DNA from: Candidatus Spongiisociaceae bacterium
Lineage (GTDB): Bacteria; Actinomycetota; Acidimicrobiia; Spongiisociales; Spongiisociaceae
Direction of reading: 5' to 3'
Length of the DNA: 64,000 bases
NCBI GenBank assembly: GCA_965202665.1
Contig: OZ241841.1
Location: 1,216,001 to 1,280,000, forward strand
Under the pieces are notes generated by a model. The model saw only the letters and a list, made by a program, of their open reading frames with translations. It ran no database searches and was not told the origin of the DNA. Positions 60,072 through 64,000 of this stretch are shown here, one piece after another. Numbering within the stretch: the first letter of the stretch is position 1; each line of letters starts with the position of its first letter. The position numbers and the translations under genes are program-made.

Positions 60072-61112
60072 TCAGGCGGGGACAAGGGTTTCGGTTTGGG
60101 TTTGGTCTGTTTCGGGGGCGGGTTCGGGCGGGGGGTTGACCGAAGCCAGGACTTGGGCTTGGAGTTGCATGGCCACCTCCGGGTTCTCCCGCAGGAAAGC
60201 CTTGGCCTTCTCCCGGCCCTGACCCAACTGATCGCCGTCGAAGGTGTACCAGGCGCCGCTTTTCTTCACGATGCCCTCCGCCACCGCCACATCCAGCAAG
60301 CTCCCCTCCCAAGAAATGCCTTTCCCGAACATGATGTCGAACTCAGCCACCCGAAACGGAGGGGCCACCTTGTTTTTCACCACCCGCGCCCGCACCCGGT
60401 TGCCGATCTGAACGCCGCCGTCCTTGATCGCCTCGATGCGCCGCACGTCAATACGCACGCTGGAATAAAACTTCAACGCCCGCCCACCCGGCGTCACCTC
60501 CGGTGATCCGTACACCACCCCAATCTTCTCCCTAATCTGATTGATAAACACCGCCGTGGTGGACGACCGGTTTATTCCCGCCGTCAACTTCCGCAACGCC
60601 TGCGACATCAACCGAGCCTGCAAACCCACATGGGTGTCGCCCATCTCCCCTTCGATTTCCGCCCGCGGCACCAGCGCGGCCACCGAATCAACCACCACCA
60701 CGTCCAAAGCATTGGAACGCACCAAAATATCGGCAATCTCCAAAGCCTGTTCCCCCGTGTCCGGTTGCGACAGCAGCAGCTCGTCGGTGTCCACCCCCAG
60801 TGCTTGGGCGTACACCGGATCCAACGCGTGTTCGGCGTCCACAAACGCCGCCAACCCCCCATTGCGTTGCGCCTCCGCCACCACATGCAAAGCCAACGTA
60901 GTCTTCCCGCTGGATTCAGGGCCGTACACCTCCACCACCCGCCCCCGGGGCACCCCCCCGATGCCCAAGGCGATATCCAGGGCCAAAGCCCCGGTGGAAA
61001 TGTGCTCAATCTTCAAGTGGGTCCCCTCGCCCAACTTCATGATCGCACCCTTGCCGAACTGCCGCTCAATCTGCGACATCGCCCCATCCAAAGCCTGACT
61101 CTTTTCCTTCAT
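60072..61112 (-). CDS. recA: Recombinase RecA
   Basis: [49 protein letters not shown]; GGAG RBS before ATG 61112. Confidence 0.98.
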   Translation of the reverse strand: MKEKSQALDGAMSQIERQFGKGAIMKLGEGTHLKIEHISTGALALDIALGIGGVPRGRVVEVYGPESSGKTTLALHVVAEAQRNGGLAAFVDAEHALDPVYAQALGVDTDELLLSQPDTGEQALEIADILVRSNALDVVVVDSVAALVPRAEIEGEMGDTHVGLQARLMSQALRKLTAGINRSSTTAVFINQIREKIGVVYGSPEVTPGGRALKFYSSVRIDVRRIEAIKDGGVQIGNRVRARVVKNKVAPPFRVAEFDIMFGKGISWEGSLLDVAVAEGIVKKSGAWYTFDGDQLGQGREKAKAFLRENPEVAMQLQAQVLASVNPPPEPAPETDQTQTETLVPA

Positions 61113-61208
61113 CGTACCATCTCCTTCAGTCTCCACGACGCAACCTGCGCCCACTCCGCCCGGAACCAAACCCCGGCCCCGGTCGGCGATTCTTCGCCGA
61201 TGGAACAC

Positions 61209-61231
61209 AAGATAGGAACCGCCTGTGACAA
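61209..61231 (-). promoter_or_regulatory. RecA-NDp/PafBC-type promoter candidate
   Basis: TTGTCAC-N10-TATCTT ~100 nt upstream of recA, resembling the TGTCGG-N10-TA-N3-T consensus. Confidence 0.5.
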
Positions 61232-61436
61232 AAACGGGGGCGGGTTTAGGTTGCGAGGATTTTCGTTCAGAGCGGAGAGGGCGGGCGAGGCTTGGATGCG
61301 TGGTTTTTATGACCTCACGGCAAGCAATCTGGCGGGGGCCAGGAAGATACATATTTCTCGCTTTTGGTGTGAAATGGTGGGGGATAATGCGGTATAGTTG
61401 ACAAAATGTTACATATATATCTCATATAGGAGGGTG

Positions 61437-61655
61437 ATGACTCCCAAGGAAATCGGAACCGAAATACGGCGCCAGCGGCAACGTTTGCGTCTCACCCAGG
61501 AGGATGCGGCCGACTTGGCGGAGGTGAACCGCCGGCTGATATCGGAAGTGGAGCGGGGACTGGCCTCCGTTTCCTTGCGCAACCTGATCGCCGTCTGCGA
61601 TGCGGTGGGGTTGGAACTTGCCTGCCGTCCCCGCCGGCCCGGAAGGCGGCTTTGA
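61437..61655 (+). CDS. hipB: HipB-like XRE antitoxin
   Basis: IRRQRQRLRLTQEDAADLAEVNRRLISEVERG; GGAGG RBS; TTGACA at 61398; stop overlaps the hipA start. Confidence 0.8.
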   Translation: MTPKEIGTEIRRQRQRLRLTQEDAADLAEVNRRLISEVERGLASVSLRNLIAVCDAVGLELACRPRRPGRRL

Positions 61656-62807
61656 CTTTGGACCCGGCGGAGTTCAAAAGGATGGAGGCGGCGGATGTTT
61701 TCTGCGGCGGCCAACGGGCGGGACAGTTGCGGCGCCGGGAAGAACACATTGAGTTCTCCTACCTCCCCGACTACTTGAGTATGGGGGGGCGGGCGGCGGC
61801 GGTCACCCTCCCCCTGCGGGAAGAACCCTATCGTTCGCCGGGCGGAATGGTTCCCGCCTTCTTCGCCGGGTTGCTGCCGGAAGGGGTGCGCCTGCAGGCG
61901 GTGATAGAAGCCGTCAACACCTCCCCCGACGATGAGTTGTCCCTGTTGCTGGCGGTGGGCGGAGATACGGTGGGGGCGGTGACGGTGGTTCCGGCGGGCG
62001 GGCAACCCCGGGATCCCGCCACGGAACCGGAGGCCGGCCACCCTGCCCGGCGTGCAGGAAAAACTGTCCGACGCCCTCATTTCTTTTCCGGTCAAGGCCG
62101 GAGAGGGACCCGCCATCTTGAAACTGTCCCCGGATCGCTATCCGCAACTGGTGGAAAACGAGGCTTTCTTCCTGAAAATGGCCGAGTCGTGCGGCCTGCG
62201 CGTCCCGCCGCACCGGATAGTGAAAGACCACTCCGGGGCTTCCGGCCTGCTGGTGGAACGGTTCGACCGGCTCCGAACGGCGGGGCGGGTGGTGCGCCTG
62301 CCCCAGGAGGACGCCTGCCAGTTGATCGGGCGGCGGCCGGTTGACAAATACCGTCTTTCCCTGCGGGAGGTGGCCGGAGCGGTGACGGAGGCGGTGGCGG
62401 CCCCGGCGGTCGCCATCCTGGAACTGACATTGTTGACCGCCTTCTCCTATCTGATCGGCAACGGGGATTGCCACGGCAAAAACGTAAGCGTGCGCTGGCT
62501 GCCGGAGGAGCGGATGGCGGAGGTGACCCCGATGTACGACCTGCTGTCCACCGCCCCCTATGGCTTGGACGACCGGCTGGCCCTGCCCATGGACGGACGC
62601 GACAACCGGATATGGGGGAAAGACTTGGTCCGGTTTGCCGAAACCTGGGAGATCCCGGCTCAGCTGGTGCGGCGCAAACTGGAGAACATGTTGCAACGGG
62701 CGGAGCCCTGGCCGGAACGGGTGGGGGAAATCGGGCTTGCCGCCTCCGCTGCGGAGCGGCTGGCCCGGACTATGCGCTCCCGGATGGAGGAACTAAAAAC
62801 CTTTTAG
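61652..62807 (+). pseudogene. hipA: HipA-family kinase toxin, frameshifted near 62030-62050
   Basis: N-terminal coupling domain (FSYLPDY...LPL...PAFFAGLLPEG...GGDTVGAV) is in one frame; the kinase part (LPGVQEKLS, LVENEAF, LLVERFDR, QEDACQ, IGNGDCHGKN, PMYD) is in another. Confidence 0.75.
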
Positions 62808-63196
62808 CCGAGCAAATCGGTGGGGTCCATAACCTTTTGGCGCACCACGATCTCCCGGCGGGAAAGTTGCGGCTCGCGCGCCGTCTGCTCGGATTCGGCC
62901 AGCTTGCGGCGCAGGCGGCGCACCTCGGCCCGCAGGGCGGTGTTTTCGGCGTCCAACAGCAGAATCCGTTTCACGCCCTCCAGGTTCACCCCGGCCCCGG
63001 TCAACTCCGAAATAAGGGCCAGCCGTTGCAGGTCGGCCTCCGAATAACGGCGGGTGCCGCCCGGGGTGCGGAACGGTTCGATCAGCCCCCGGCGTTCGTA
63101 GATGCGCAAAGTCTGCGGGTGCATGCCCGACAGGGAGGCCGCCACCGAAATGACGTACACCGCCTCCGCTTCCTTGGACATCCTTCTTTTAGCCAT
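62804..63196 (-). CDS. hspR: Heat-shock repressor HspR (MerR family)
   Basis: VYVISVAASLSGMHPQTLRIYERRGLIEP.RT.GGTRRYS, GVNLEGVKRI; downstream of dnaJ. Confidence 0.93.
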   Translation of the reverse strand: MAKRRMSKEAEAVYVISVAASLSGMHPQTLRIYERRGLIEPFRTPGGTRRYSEADLQRLALISELTGAGVNLEGVKRILLLDAENTALRAEVRRLRRKLAESEQTAREPQLSRREIVVRQKVMDPTDLLG

Positions 63197-63208
63197 AGCC
63201 GCCTTCCT

Positions 63209-64000
63209 TTAGTCGTCCGATTTCTTCCCGCGCCGATGCGAACCGGCTCCCCCTCTCTCAAAGCGTTCCCGAAACTCTTCCAACATTTTGCGGGCCGCCC
63301 GGGGCAGTTTGGCGGGCACGGTCACCTCCGCCTCCACCAACAGGTCCCCTTGATGCCCCGAGGCGCGCGCCACCCCCTGGTTGCGGATTCGGAAAATCCG
63401 CCCCGCGGGGGTTCCGGCGGGAATCTTCAAAGTCACCGAACCGTTCAGGGTGGGGGCCTGAACTTTTGCCCCTAAGGCGGCGTCGGTGAAAGACAACGGC
63501 AGTTTCATATGCAGGTCGTTCCCGCGGCGGGTGAAAAGGGGATGCGGCTCCACCTGTACGTTTACCAGCAGGTCGCCGGGCGGGCCGCCGCCGGAACCGG
63601 GGGCCCCTTTGCCCGGCAAGCGGATTCTGCCGCCGTCTTTCACCCCGGCCGGGACTTTCACGTTGATGCGGCGGGTGCGCCGTTGCCGGCCCGAACCCCG
63701 GCAGGTAACGCACGGCTTGGTGACCAACTGTCCGGAGCCCCGGCAATGAGGGCAGGGATCGGCGAAGGAGAACACTCCCTGGTTGGAGGAGACCGTACCC
63801 TCCCCGCCGCAGGGCCGGCACTGCTCCACCTGCGAACCCGGTTCCGCCCCCCGCCCCCGGCAACGGACGCAAAGGGCCTCCCCGTAGGCTTCTACGGAAG
63901 TGGTGGTTCCTTTGATGGCGTTTTCAAACGAGAGGCGAAGGTCGGCGGTCTGGTCTTCTCCCGCTCGGCGGCGGCTGTTGCGGCGACCGAAGTTGCTGAA
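63209..64000 (-). CDS. dnaJ: Chaperone DnaJ (5' part outside window)
   Basis: CxxCxGxG repeats, VKVPAGVKDG.RIRL.GKG.PG, GDL, ALGAKV..PT; frame continues to the window edge. Confidence 0.93.
   Translation of the reverse strand, partial: FSNFGRRNSRRRAGEDQTADLRLSFENAIKGTTTSVEAYGEALCVRCRGRGAEPGSQVEQCRPCGGEGTVSSNQGVFSFADPCPHCRGSGQLVTKPCVTCRGSGRQRRTRRINVKVPAGVKDGGRIRLPGKGAPGSGGGPPGDLLVNVQVEPHPLFTRRGNDLHMKLPLSFTDAALGAKVQAPTLNGSVTLKIPAGTPAGRIFRIRNQGVARASGHQGDLLVEAEVTVPAKLPRAARKMLEEFRERFERGGAGSHRRGKKSDD

Overview
GC-rich bacterial DNA, probably Actinomycetota (hspR-dnaJ, DUF3151, recA with a RecA-NDp-like promoter); an Acidimicrobiia-like, possibly host-associated lineage is a guess. Bases 1-16.9 kb hold a tandem array of three Type ISP-like (LlaGI/LlaBIII-family) restriction-modification loci on the minus strand. 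Each enzyme appears split into a ~1400-aa nuclease-helicase-methyltransferase-TRD gene and a separate ~230-aa C-terminal-domain gene. The main finding lies between the two halves: an array of alternative ~40-aa specificity-region cassettes written in all three reading frames and separated by G11-G13 tracts, with open bypass frames between tracts. Tract lengths therefore form a ternary decision tree that selects one of 7 C-termini (locus 2) or 5 (locus 3). Locus 1 is assembled in a frameshifted, read-through state. The rest of the window is catabolic and housekeeping DNA: hydantoinase/oxoprolinase clusters, CoA-transferase, Aap-type amino-acid ABC transporter, dxs, ppk1, purA, ltaE, tadA, large SRP RNA, tRNA-Ser, serS, tRNA-Leu, a sugar-type ABC transporter, a GH13 enzyme, recA, hipB with a frameshifted hipA, hspR and dnaJ. 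Small accessory insertions include an ardC-like gene pair, a two-gene orphan island and an AAA-DUF4143 ATPase. All calls come from reading the sequence and recalled motifs; no database search was run.
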